This document shows, one piece after another, positions 29,701-44,700 of a stretch of 64,000 nucleotides of DNA. The notes under the pieces were generated by a model. That model had not been told where the DNA came from. It did not search any database and saw only the letters and a list, made by a program, of their open reading frames with translations. How positions within the stretch are numbered: position 1 is the first letter of the stretch; every line of letters begins with the position of its first letter. This stretch comes from an uncultured candidate division Zixibacteria bacterium (GTDB lineage Bacteria > Zixibacteria > MSB-5A5 > GN15 > PGXB01), in contig OY969724.1 of assembly GCA_963702205.1 (NCBI GenBank), forward strand, positions 1,152,001 to 1,216,000, given 5' to 3'. The translations under genes were made by a program, and so were the position numbers.

Positions 29701-32700
29701 GGCTCGGAAACGATTACGTTTACCGCGACCGATCCGGGATTGCTTTCGGACAGTGATCCGGCAGTATTCACGGTCAATGCCATAAATGATGCTCCGGTCG
29801 TAAGTGATATACCGGATCAGACTATAGATGAGGGATCGACCTTTGCGACTATAAATCTGGACGATTATGTCAGCGATATCGATAACGCTGATAGTGAAAT
29901 AAACTGGACGTACTCCGGCAATACCGAACTTACGGTAAATATAAATGCCAGTCGTGTGGCGACCATCACGATTCCATCGAGTGATTGGAACGGCTCGGAG
30001 ACAATCACGCTTACCGCGATCGATCCCGGACTGCTTTCTGACAGCGATCCGGCAGTTTTTACGGTCAACGCCTTAAACGATGCTCCGATCGTAAGTGATA
30101 TTCCCGATCAAACCATAGATGAAGGTTCGACTTTCGCGACTGTTAATCTCGACGATTATGTCAGCGACGTCGATAATGCCGACAGTGAGATCAACTGGAC
30201 GTACTCAGGCAATACTGAGCTTTCGGTCAGTATCGATGCCTCGCGTATCGCGACCATCACGATACCGTCACCGACCTGGAATGGTTCGGAAACGATCACA
30301 TTCACTGCCACCGACCCGGGCCTGCTTTCCGACAGCGATCCGGCCGCATTTACGGTTACAGCCGTTAATGATTCGCCGGTCGTGAGCGATATTCCCGATC
30401 AGACTATAGACGAGGGATCGACCTTCGCAACCATCAACCTCGATGATTTCGTGACCGACGCCGACAATACCGACGCCGAGATGACGTGGACGTACTCAGG
30501 TAACACCGAACTTTCGGTCAGTATTGACGGTTCACGCGTTGCGACGATAACTATTCCGAGCGCAGACTGGTTCGGGACGGAGACGATTACATTTACCGCG
30601 ACTGATCCGGGGCTGCTTTCCGACAGCGATCCGGCGACGTTTACCGTCAATAATATTAACGACGCACCGGTCGTCAGCGACATACCCGATCAGACAATAG
30701 ATGAAGGTTCGATTTTCGCGACCATCAATTTAGACGATTATGTCAGTGATATAGATAATGCCGATTCCGAGATAAACTGGACGTATTCGGGCAACACGGA
30801 ACTTACGGTAAATATCAATGCTTCCCGAGTGGCGACGATAACGATTCCCAATGTCGACTGGAACGGAGCAGAGACGATTACGTTCACCGCGACCGATCCG
30901 GGACTACTTTCGGATAATGATCCGGCGACGTTTACGGTTAATGCTGTTAATGATGCACCAGTAGTAACTGACATTCCCGACCGGACGATTCTTGAAGGCA
31001 CCACGTTTTCAACCATCAATCTTGACAGCTATGTCAGCGACGTGGACAATGCCGACTCGGAAATCAACTGGACGTATTCGGGCAATACGGAGCTGACGGT
31101 GAGTATCGATGCTTCGCACGTCGCCACGATAACGATCCCGAGCTCAGACTGGTTCGGTGCAGAAACGATCACGTTTACCGCGACCGATCCGGGCCTGCTT
31201 TCCGACAGTGACCCGGCCATATTCACGGTCAACGGCATCAACGATCCGCCGGTGGTGAGCGATATCCCTAATCAGACAATTGACGAAGGTTTAACTTTCG
31301 CCACGATAAACCTCGATGATTTTGTTAGTGACGTTGACAATGCCGATGCGGAAATCGACTGGACCTATTCGGGCAATACGGAGCTTGCGGTTAGTATCGA
31401 CGCCTCGCGTATTGCAACTATCACCGCTCCCAATGTCGATTGGTTCGGTTCGGAGACGATCACGTTCACGGCGACCGATCCCGGGGTGCTTTCCGACAGC
31501 GACCCAGCCACGTTTACGGTTAATGCCGTCAACGATGCACCGGTGGTAACGGATATTCCGAATCAGGCGGTAACCGAAGGCTCGAATTTTACTACCATCA
31601 GCCTGGATGATTTTGTGTCCGACGTCGATAACGGCGATGCGGAAATGACCTGGACGTATTCAGGTAATACCGAACTTACGGTCAATATAGATGCCTCGCG
31701 TATTGCGACCATCACGATCCCTTCGCCGACCTGGAACGGCTCGGAAACGATCACATTCACTGCCACCGATCCGGGCCTGCTTTCCGACAGCGATCCGGCT
31801 ACGTTTGCGGTTACGGCCGTCAACGACCCGCCGGTCGTGAGCGATATTCCTGATCAAACTATAGACGAGGGATCGACTTTCGCCACAATCAACCTCGATG
31901 ATTTCGTGACCGATCCCGACAATACCGATGCCGAAATGACATGGATGTACTCCGGTAACACCGAGCTTTCGGTAAGTATCGATGCATCCCGCATAGCGAC
32001 GATAACTATTCCGAGCGCAGACTGGTTCGGGACGGAAACGATTACATTCACTGCGACCGATCCAGGGCTGCTGAGTGACAGTGATCCGGCGACGTTCACG
32101 GTCAACAATATAAATGATGCACCGATCGTGAGCGACATACCCGATCAAACCATAGACGAAGGTTCGACCTTCGCGACCATCAATTTAGACAATTATGTCA
32201 GTGATATAGATAATGCCGATTCCGAGATAAACTGGACGTATTCGGGCAACACGGAACTTACGGTTAATATCGATGCCTCACGAATAGCAACGATCACTAT
32301 TCCGACCACTGATTGGAATGGTGCAGAGACGGTGACATTCACCGCGACCGATCTGGGACTGCTTTCGGATAATGATCCGGCAGTATTCACGGTCAATGCC
32401 ATAAATGACGCCCCTGTTGTGACAGATATTCCCGATCAGACGATAGATGAAGGCTCAACTTTTGCCACGATAAATCTCGATGATTTTGTTTCGGACGTCG
32501 ATAATGCTGACGCCGAAATGTCCTGGATCTATTCGGGTAATACGGAGCTTGCGGTTAGTATCGATGCCTCGCACGTCGCCACGATAACGATTCCGAGCTC
32601 AGACTGGTTCGGCTCGGAGACGATCACGTTTACCGCAACCGATCCCGGCTTGCTCGGCGACAGCGACCCGGTGACGTTTACCGTCAATAATATTAACGAC

Positions 32701-35700
32701 GCGCCGGTGGTCAGCGACATACCCGATCAGACTATCGATGAAGGTTTGACTTTCGCCACGATAAACCTCGACGACTTCGTGGCTGATATAGACAATGCCG
32801 ATGCGGAGATAAACTGGACGTACTCGGGAAACACAGAGCTGTCCGTCAGCATTGACGGGTCACGCGTCGCGACAATTTCGGCGCCCGATGCCGATTGGAA
32901 CGGGTCGGAGACGATCACGTTCACGGCGACCGATCCCGGTCTGCTGTCTGACAGCGACCCGGCGACGTTCACGGTCAATGCCGTCAACGACGCCCCGGTG
33001 GTTGCGGATATTCCGAATCAACTCGTAGACGAGGGCGTCAGTTTTGCGACCATAAATCTGGATGATTTTGTGTCCGACGTCGATAACAGCGACGCCGAAA
33101 TGACCTGGACTTATTCCGGCAACACCGAGCTTACGGTCGGTATCGATGGTTCGCGTGTCGCGACCATCACGATACCGTCACCGACCTGGAATGGTTCGGA
33201 GACGATCACGTTCACTGCCACCGACCCGGGACTGTTGAGTGACAGCGATCCGGCGACGTTTACGGTGTCAAGCATCAACGATGCTCCGGTAGTGAGTGAT
33301 ATCCCCGATCAGACTATAGATGAGGGCTCAACCTTTGCGACGATCAATCTCGATGATTTCGTGACCGATCCCGACAATCCCGACGCCGAGATGACGTGGA
33401 CGTACTCCGGTAACACCGAGCTTTCGGTCAGTATTGACGGTTCACGCGTTGCGACGATAACTATTCCGAGCGCAGACTGGAACGGAGCGGAAACGATTAC
33501 GTTTACCGCCACCGATCCGGGGCTTCTGGCTGACAGCGATGCCGCAACGTTTACCGTAAATTCAGTCAACGATGCTCCGGTGGTAACAAATATCCCCGAT
33601 CAAACTATTGATGAAGGTTCCACCTTTGCGACGATAAATCTCGATGACTTTGTTTCGGATGTTGATAATTCAGACGCCGAAATGACCTGGAGCTATGCCG
33701 GCAATGTGGAACTTACGGTTAATATCGACGCTTCGCACGTGGCGACGATAACGATTCCGAGCATCGACTGGAACGGCGTGGAGACGATCACGTTTACCGC
33801 GACCGATCCCGGTCTGCTGTCCGACAACGATCCGGCCGTGTTTACGGTGAACGCCATCAATGATGCTCCCATAGTAAGCGATATTCCCGATCAGACGATA
33901 GATGAAGTCTCAACATTTGCCACGATAAATCTCGATGATTTTGTTTCGGACGTCGATAATGCTGACGCCGAAATGTCCTGGACCTATTCGGGTAATACGG
34001 AGCTGACGGTGAGTATCGATGCTTCGCGCATCGCGACCATTACGGCTCCCGACGCCGACTGGTTCGGCTCGGAGACGATCACGTTTACCGCAACCGATCC
34101 CGGCTTGCTCGGCGACAGCGACCCGGTGACGTTTACTGTCAATAATATTAACGACGCGCCGGTGGTCAGCGACATACCCGATCAGACTATCGACGAAGGT
34201 TCGACCTTCGCAACTATAAATCTCGATAACTTTGTTTCGGACGTCGATAATGCCGACGCCGAAATCAACTGGACCTACTCCGGAAATACTGAACTCACGG
34301 TTAATATCGACGCCGGCCATATCGCCGCGATTACGATTCCGAGCACCGATTGGAACGGCTCGGAGACGATCACGTTCACGGCGACCGATCCCGGTCTGCT
34401 GTCTGACAGCGACCCGGCGACGTTCACGGTCAATGCCGTCAATGACGCACCGGTCGTAACGGATATACCCGATCAGACGATAGATGAAGGTTTGACTTTC
34501 GCGACTATAAATCTGGATGATTATGTCAGTGATGTCGATAACAGTGACGCCGAAATCAGCTGGACCTACTCCGGAAATACTGAACTCACGATTAATATCG
34601 ATGCCTCACGCGTCGCCACAATAACGATTCCGGGCGCTGAATGGTACGGCTCGGAAACGATTACCTTCACCGCGACCGACCCCGGCCTGCTGTCCGACAG
34701 CGATCCGGCCGTGTTTACGGTAAACAATATTAACGACGCCCCGGTCGTGTCGGATATTCCCGACCAGACGGTGGCCGAAGGGACAGCTTTCGCTACTATT
34801 AATCTCGATGACTTCGTCGCGGATAACGATAATGCCGACAACGAGATTACGTGGACGTACAGCGGCCAGTCAAATTTGAACGTATCCATAGACGGCTCCC
34901 GTGTGGCGACCATCACACCGGTTGATCCGAACTGGAACGGCACGGAGACGATTACGTTTACTGCGACCGATCCGGGCCTGCTGTTTGCCAGCGACGCCGC
35001 AACGTTTATGGTCACGGCGGTTAACGACGCTCCGGTCGTGAGCGGTATCCCGGATCAGACCATAGCAGAGGGGGCCAGCTTCACGACTATCAATCTCGAT
35101 AATTATGTAACCGACGTGGACAACGTCGACGCCGATATGATCTGGACCAAGTCCGGCAATACGGAACTTCTGGTCGATATCACCAACCGTGTGGCGACCA
35201 TCATTATTCCGAGCCCCGGCTGGGTGGGATCGGAGACGATTACTTTCCGGGCGACCGACCCGGGCCTGCTGTTTGGTGAGGATGCGGCCACGTTTACGGT
35301 GACCAATGTCAATGATGCCCCGGTCGTGTCGGATATTCCCGATCAAACCGTTGCCGAGGGCGATAATTTTGTCACCATAAGTCTCGACGATTATGTCAGC
35401 GACGTAGACAATACCGATGCTGAAATGACCTGGTCGGCCACCGGTCAAACGGACCTTACGGTCGATATCGACGCCAGCCATGTGGCGACAATTACTATAC
35501 CGTACGCCGACTGGAACGGTGCGGAAACGATCACATTCACGGCGACCGATCCCGGCTTGCTGACCGGTTCCGATCCGGCGACGTTTACGGTCACCGCCGT
35601 CAATGACGCCCCGGTCGTAGCGGATATTCCCGATCAAACTATCGACGAGGGCCAGCCGTTTGCAGCGATTGATCTTGATAATTTTGTCAGCGACGTCGAC

Positions 35701-38700
35701 AACGCCGCCGCCGAAATGACCTGGACGTACAGCGGCAATACGGAACTTACGGTTTCGATCGACGCCAGCCGCGTCGCGACCATTACCGCACCAGATGGCG
35801 ACTGGAACGGGGCCGAGACGATTACGTTCACGGCGACCGATCCGGGGCTTCTGGCCGACAGCGATCCGGCGACCTTCACGGTTAATGCCGTCAATGATGC
35901 GCCGGTTGTAACAGATATTCCCGATCAAACTATAGATGAAGGTTCGGCCTTCGCTACAATAGATTTGAATACTTATGTCACCGATATAGATAATCTCGCA
36001 TCCGAAATGACCTGGAGCTACAGCGGAAATACCGAGCTTGCGGTCAGCATCGATGCTTCCAATACAGCTACCGTGACGACGCCGAATGCCGATTGGTTTG
36101 GCACGGAGACGATTACATTCACAGCGACCGATCCGGGACTGCTTTCAGACAGCGACCCGGCGACGTTCACGGTAAACAACATCAATGACGCCCCAGTCGT
36201 GTCGGACATTCCCGATCAGACGGTGGCCGAGGGTTCGCCGTTCGCGACCATTAATCTCGATGATTTTGTCAGCGACGTTGATAACGCCGACAATGAAATT
36301 ACATGGTCGTACAGCGGCGACGCCAACCTGTCGGTATCCATCGACGCCGGTCGGGTGGCCACCATCACGGCCATCGATCCAGACTGGAACGGTTCGGAGA
36401 CGATTACATTTACAGCGACCGATCCCGGCCTGCTGTTTGACAGCGACCCGGCGACGTTTACGGTCACGGCCGTCAATGACGCGCCGGTGGTCAGCGGCAT
36501 TCCCGACCAGGCCATACCTGAGGGTTTCACCTTTGCTCAGATAAACCTTGATAATTATGTCACCGACGTCGACAATACCGACGCCCAGATGACCTGGACA
36601 AAATCGGGCAACGTCGAGTTGCTGGTTGATATTACCAACCGTGTCGCCACGATAATAATTCCGAGCGCGCAGTGGAACGGTTCGGAGACGATTACGTTCA
36701 CGGCGACCGATCCGGGCCTGCTGTCCGGCTCCGACGCCGCCACGTTTACGGTCTCAGCCAACAACGATGCGCCGGTCGTGACGACCATACCGAACCAGAC
36801 AATCAATGAAGGCTCGACCTTTACGACGATAAATCTCGATGCTTATGTCAGCGACGTCGACAATACCGACGCCGAAATGACCTGGACGACGTCGGGCGAA
36901 ACCGATCTGACGGTGTCGATCGACGCCTCGCGGGTGGCGACGATTACCATTCCGTCGGCCGATTGGTACGGCTCGGAAACGATCACGTTCCGTGCGACCG
37001 ATCCGGGGCTGCTGTTCGATGAAACATCGGCCACGTTTACGGTCAATAATATAAACGATGCCCCGGTCGTAAGCGATATTCCCGACCAGACCGTCGCCGA
37101 AGGGACGGCCTTCGCTACTATCAATCTCGATGATTTTGTGACTGATATAGACAACGCCGACAATCAAATTTCGTGGACGACCAGCGGCGAGACAAACCTG
37201 TCGGTTTCGATTAATGCCTCGCGGGTGGCTACGATAACTTCGATCGATCCTGACTGGAACGGTTCAGAGACGATTACGTTTACGGCTACCGATCCGGGAC
37301 TGCTGTTCGCTTCTGATGCGGCCACCTTCACGGTGACGGCCGTCAATGATGCCCCGGTCGTGAGCGGCATTCCCGATCAGACGATACCGGAAGGTTCTTC
37401 CTTCGCGACGATCAACCTCGATGACTATGCCGCCGACGTCGATAACCTCGATTCGGAACTGGGGTGGACGTACAGCGGCAATACCGAGCTGACGGTTTCA
37501 ATCGACGCCGCGCACGTCGCCACGATAAGTATACCGTCGGCCGACTGGAACGGTTCGGAGACAATCACGTTCACCGCGACCGACCCCGGTTTGTTAACCG
37601 GCTCGGATAATGCCATCTTCACGGTCACGGCCGTCAATGACGCGCCGGTGGTCTCGGATATTCCCGATCAGACCATCGACGAAGGTGCGACGTTTGCGAC
37701 TATCAATCTCGATGATTATGTAACGGACATAGATAACACCGACGCCCAGATGACATGGACGTACAGCGGCAACGTGGCGTTGAGCGTAGGCATAAATGCG
37801 TCGCACGTCGCCACGATAACGACTCCGACCGTCGACTGGAACGGTTCGGAGACGATCACGTTCACCGCAACCGATCCCGGTTTGCTGTCTGACAACGACG
37901 TGGCCACGTTCACGGTCAATGCCGTCAACGACGCCCCGGTGGTGCTGGATATACCGAACCAGACGATTTCCGAGGGTTCCAGCTTTGCGATCATCAACCT
38001 CGATGATTACGTGGCCGATCCCGATAACGCCGACAACCAGATGTCGTGGAGTTATTCCGGTCAGACCGATCTGATAGTCAATATCTCCAGCCGCGTGGCT
38101 ACTATCGCCATTCCGAATGCCGACTGGTTCGGTTCGGAGACAATCACGTTCACGGCGACCGATCCCGGTCTGTTGAGCGACAGCGATCCGGCTACGTTTA
38201 CGGTGACCAATGTCAACGACGCTCCGGTTGTGGCCGATATTCCCAACCAGGCCACCGTTGAGGGCGGCTCGTTTGCCACAATAAATCTCGATGACTATGT
38301 CAGCGACGTCGATAATCTCGACGCTGAAATGACCTGGACATACAGCGGCAACGTGGAGCTTTCAGTATCGATCGATGCTTCGCATGTCGCCACGGTTACG
38401 ACGCCGTCGCCGACGTGGAATGGTTCGGAGACGATTACGTTCCGTGCGACCGATCCCGGTCTGCTGTTCGATGAAGATGCGGCGACGTTTACGGTTTCGG
38501 CCACCAATGACCCGCCGGTCGTGAGCAATATCCCCGATCAGACTATCCCCGAGGGCTCGTCCTTCGCGACGATTAATCTCGATAATTATGTGGATGATAT
38601 AGATAACACCGATGCCGAAATTACCTGGACGTACAGCGGCAATACGGAACTGAGCGTGAGTATCGACGCCTCGCGCGTCGTCACGATCACGGTGCCGAAT

Positions 38701-41700
38701 GCCGACTGGAACGGCGCGGAGACGATTACATTCACGGCGACCGATCCCGGTCTGCTGTCCGACAGCGATCCGGCGACGTTCACGGTGACGGCTGTCAACG
38801 ACGCACCGGTTGTTCTGGATATACCGGATCAGACGATTGCCGAAGGCGCCAGTTTCACGCAGATAAATCTCGATAATTACGTAACCGACGTCGACAACAC
38901 CCCGGCCCAGATGATCTGGACCAAGAGCGGAAACGTCGAACTGCTGGTTGACATTTCCAACCGCATCGCTACGATAATTATCCCCAACAGCGAGTGGAGC
39001 GGTTCCGAGACGATCACGTTCCGCGCCACCGATCCGGGCAGCCTGTTCGGTGAAGATGTGGCAACGTTTACGGTTACGGCGGTCAACGATGCGCCGGTCG
39101 TGACGGATATTCCCAATCAGACGGTCCCCGAGGGCGGATCGTTCACGACGATTAATCTGGACGACTATGTCAGCGATCTCGATAATACCGACGCTGAAAT
39201 GACCTGGACCGCCAGCGGACAAAGCGAATTGAGTGTCACGATAGATGTTTCGCGGGTGGCTACGATTTCCATCCCGAGTGCCGACTGGTACGGTTCGGAA
39301 ACGATTACGTTCCGGGCGACCGATCCCGGCCTGCTGTTCGACGAAGACGCAGCGACCTTCACGGTGACCAATATTAACGATGCGCCGGTCGTCTCCGACG
39401 TTCCCGATCAAACCATCGCCGAAGGCGCGTCTTTCGTCACGATCAATCTTGATGATTATGTAACAGACATAGATAACGCCGACAGCCAGATCGGCTGGAC
39501 CACCTCCGGTGCGACGGAACTGTCGGTTTCGATCAGTCCGTCGCGTGTCGCCACGATCAATATTCCGACCGTCGATTGGAACGGTTCGGAAACGATCACG
39601 TTCACTGCCACCGATCCCGGTCTGTTGTCCGACAGCGATCCGGCAACGTTTACGGTGACGGCCGTCAACGACGCTCCGGTGGTGTCGGATATTCCCGATC
39701 AGGCGGTTCCTGAGGGCGGCACGTTCGCAACGATAAATCTCGATAACTATGTAACCGACGTCGACAACGCCGACAGTGAAATTGACTGGACGTACAGCGG
39801 CAATACGGAACTTACGGTCGCTATCGATGCTTCGCGTATCGCGACCATCACGACGCCGTCGCCGACCTGGAATGGCTCCGAGACGATCACGTTTACCGCG
39901 ACCGATCCGGGCCTGCTGTCCGACAGCGATCCGGCGACGTTCACGGTCTCGAGTGTCAACAATCCGCCGGTGGTTACGGACATCCCCGATCAGACCATCG
40001 ACGAGGGCGGGACGTTCGCTACGATCAATCTCGATGACTATGTTAGCGACGTCGATAATGCCGACGCCGAAATCACGTGGACCTACAGCGGCAATACCGA
40101 CCTGCTGGTCGATATAGATGTCAACCGCGTGGCGACCATCACCACGCCGAACGCCGACTGGAACGGTGCGGAGACGATTACGTTTACCGCGACCGATCCG
40201 GGCCTTCTGGCCAACAGCGACGCCGCCGCGTTCACGGTTAATCCGGTCAACGACGCTCCGGTCGTGGCCGATATTCCCGACCAGACGATTGCCGAAGGCG
40301 CGACGTTCCTGACGATAAATCTCGATAATTTCGTAAATGACATAGACAATGCCGATGCCGAGATCAACTGGGTGGCGACGGGCCAGACCGAGCTTTCGGT
40401 CACGATCGACGCCAACCGCACGGCGACAGTTGCCATTCCAAATGCCGACTGGAACGGTTCGGAGACGATTACGTTTACCGCGACCGATCCGGGACTGCTT
40501 TCCGACAGCGATCCGGCCACGTTCACGGTAACGGCTGTCAACGATGCACCGGTCGTGACGGACATTCCCGACCAGACGGTGGCCGAGGGCAGCCCGTTCG
40601 CGACCATCAATCTGGATGATTTTGTCAGCGACGTGGATAATGCCGACGCCGAACTTACCTGGTCTTATAGCGGCAATACGGAACTTACGGTCGTTATCGA
40701 TGCTTCGCGTATCGCAACCGTCACGACGCCGTCGCCGACCTGGAACGGCTCGGAAACGATTACATTCACCGCGACCGATCCCGGACTGCTGTTCGATTCC
40801 GACGCCGCCGCGTTTACGGTGACCGGTGTCAATAACGCTCCGGTCGTGTCGGATATTCCCGACCAGACGATAGCTGAGGGTTTTACCTTCGCGACGATCA
40901 ATCTCGACGATTATGTAAGCGATATAGATAATGCCGACGCTGAAATAAGCTGGACGTACGGCGGCAACACCGAGCTGACGGTTTCCATAAGTACAGCTCG
41001 CGTCGCCACCATCGGCATTCCGAACATAAACTGGAACGGTTCGGAGACGATTACGTTCACCGCGACCGATCCCGGCCTGCTGACCGACAGCGATCCGGCC
41101 ACGTTCACAGTGACGGCCGTCAACGACGCGCCGGTCGTGTCGAATATAACCAATCAGACCATTACCGAGGGCGGTTCGTTTACGACAATCAACCTCGATG
41201 ATTACGTCAGCGACGTGGACAACCCCGATGCCGATATCAACTGGTCGTACAGCGGCAACGTCGAGCTGTCGGTTTCCATCGACGGCAACCGTGTCGCCAC
41301 CGTCGGTATTCCGACGCCTGACTGGAACGGTTCGGAAACGATTACGTTTACCGCGACCGATCCGGGTCTGCTGTCCGATTCCGATGACGCGACATTCACG
41401 GTCAATCCGGTCAATGATGCTCCGGTTGTCGCCGACATCCCCGATCAGACCATCGCCGAGGGCGGCACGTTCGCAACGATCAATCTCGATGATTACGTCA
41501 ATGATATAGATAATCCGGATTCCGATATGAACTGGACCTACAGCGGTAACGTCCAGTTGATCGTCTCCATCGACGTGAACCGTGTCGCCACGATCACGAC
41601 GCCCAACGCCGACTGGAACGGCTCGGAGACGATAACCTTCCGCGCGACCGACCCGAATTTCCTGTTCGACACCGACGCCGCGACATTCACGGCGACGCCG

Positions 41701-44700
41701 GTCAACGACGCTCCGGTCGTGCTCGACATTCCCGATCAAACGGTCGATGAAGGTTCGGCATTTACACTTATAAATCTCGATGACTATGTTTCTGACATAG
41801 ACAATCTCGACAACCAGATGACATGGAGCTATTCCGGCAACACCGACCTGATAATCAACATCGTCAACCGCGTGGCCACCATCACGATCCCGTACGTCGA
41901 CTGGAATGGTTCAGAGACGGTCACGTTCACGGCGACCGATCCCGGCCTGCTGTTTTCATCCGACGCCGCGACGTTCACGGTTAACGCCGTCAACGATGCC
42001 CCGGTGGTGAGCAATATTCCCGATCAGATAGTCGGTGAAGGCGGATCGTTCACGTCGATCAATCTCGACGATTATGTCAGCGACGTCGATAATACCGACG
42101 CCGAAATGACGTGGACATACAGCGGCAACGTGGAACTGACCGTCGCGATAGACGGGGCCAGAGTGGCGACAATCACGACGCCGTCGGTTGACTGGAACGG
42201 TTCGGAGACGATTACGTTCACGGCGACCGATCCCGGTCTGCTTTCGGACAGCGATCCCGCGACGTTTGGGGTTTCGGCGTCTAATGATGCTCCGGTCGTG
42301 ACCGATATTCCCGATCAGACCATCGCCGAGGGCGGCACGTTTGTTACGATCAATCTCGATGATTATGTCAGCGATATAGATAATACCGACGCCGAGATGA
42401 CGTGGACGTACACCGGCAATACCGAACTGACGGTAACGATCGACGCGAGCCGGGTAGCGACCATAAATATTCCGAACATAGACTGGTACGGTTCCGAAAC
42501 GATCACGTTCACTGCGACCGATCCGGGCCTGCTTTCGGCCAGCGATCCGGCCACGTTTACGGTAACCAATATAAATGACGCTCCGGTAGTATCAGACATA
42601 CCCGATCAAACGATAGATGAAGGTTTGACTTTTGCGGCGATCAATCTCGATGATTTTGTCAGTGACGTTGATAATGCCGATTCCGAGATTAACTGGACCT
42701 ACTCCGGCAATACGGAACTAACGGTCAATATAGACGCGTCGAGAGTCGCAACGATAACCATCCCGGGTGCAGAATGGAACGGCTCGGAAACGATCACGTT
42801 TACGGCGACTGATCCGGGTACGCTGTTCGGTTCCGATGCGGCGACGTTCACGGTTAACGCCGTCAACGACGCTCCGGTAGTGACGGATATACCCGATCAA
42901 ACCATAGACGAAGGTTCGACCTTTGCGACCATAAGCCTGGATGATTATGTGTCCGACGTCGATAACGTGGACGCGGAGATGACGTGGACATACTCCGGCA
43001 ATACGGAACTTACGGTCAGTATCGATGCTTCGCACATAGCGACAATTACGATTCCAGGTGCCGACTGGTATGGCTCAGAAGCGATTACGTTCACGGCCAC
43101 TGATCCCGGGCTGCTGGCTGACAGCGATCCGGCCGTATTCACGGTCAATAATATTAACGATGTGCCGGTATTAAGCGATATCCCGGATCAGACCATTGAC
43201 GAAGGTTCGACTTTCGCGACCATGAATCTCGATGACTTCGTAAGTGACGTGGACAATGCCGATGCCGAGATTGCCTGGACGTACTCCGGCAATACAGAAC
43301 TGACGGTCAGCATTGACGGTTCTCGTGTCGCGACCATCACCACTCCCGGCGCTAATTGGAACGGTTCGGAGACGATTACGTTCACCGCGACCGATCCGGG
43401 CCTGCTTTCGGCCAGCGATCCGGCGACGTTTACGGTGACATCGGTCAACGATGCTCCGGTCCTGGCGGCGATTGGCTCGCAGACGGTAGCCGAGGGTGAT
43501 AACCTGCACTTCACGACGTCGGCGACCGACGTCGACGGTGACGCCCTGACGATGACGGCCGAGAATCTCCCGGCCAACGCCACGTATGATGATAATACGG
43601 ACGGCACTGGCTCCTTCGACTTCAATCCCGATTATACCCAGCAAGGTGTTTATAATGTGACTTTCATAGTCAGCGACGGAGCCCTGGCCGATACGGAAAT
43701 AGTACAAATTACAGTGACCGGTACCAACCGCGCCCCCGTGGCCGATGCCGGTCCCGATCAGATCGGAATTGTTCTGGGTAATACCGTTACCCTCGACGGT
43801 ACAGGCTCTTCCGATCCGGAAAATGATCCGATTAATTATAGCTGGGTTCAGGTTTCCGGCCCGTCGGTCACATTGTCCGACGCAGCTATCGCCCAGCCGA
43901 CTTTCGATCCGGTCAGCCCCGGCGATTATGAATTTGAGCTGATTGTCGACGATAACGTCCTGTTCAGCACTCCGGATACGGTCCTGATCAATGTCATAAA
44001 CCGCGACGCTCCGGAGGCGATTGCCGATCTGCAGATTGCCATTTCCGGCAGCGATCTTGTCCTGACCTGGTCGGCCATCACGACCGACGTCGGCGGTTTC
44101 GCCACCGACATTGGCCGCTATGTAATATACAGAGGGACATCGGCTTACTTTGTCCCGACTGATTTTGATTCAATTGGCTATACCGATGATCTGACACTGA
44201 CTTTCACCGACAACGACCTCGGCGGAGCCGACGTGGTTGGTGATACACTAACTCAATATTTCTATACTGCGGTAGCGGTCGACATTTATGAAAATCATTC
44301 GGCGACGTCGAATCGGGTGGGTGAGTATGATTATCAGATAGTCATTACCCCGACGACCGATTTCAGCCTGATTTGTGTCCCGTTCGAAAATACCGGCATA
44401 ACCAATGCCGTCGACCTGATCAACGCCATCGGCGCCGCCAACGTCAACACGGTCAACAATTATCAGCCGCTGTCGCAGAGCTATGAATCGCGCTTTGCGG
44501 CCGGGTTCGGTGTGAATTTCACGGTCAACCCGGGCGGCGTCTATCAGGTTAATGCCAGGGCCCAGACGGTCTTCTCGGTGGCGGGCAATATCCCGGCGCC
44601 GGGCACGGTAATTTACAATCTGGTCACGACATCCACCACCGACTACAGCTTTATCGTGATTCCGTTCGAGATGGAAAGCGATTTTGCGGTAGCCCAGGAC

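Noticed and set aside
38362..41739. 1125-aa minus-strand ORF and many shorter antisense ORFs across the giant genes
   Set aside because: Shadow frames of a repetitive sense gene whose codon usage avoids antisense stops; they mirror the 291-bp period.
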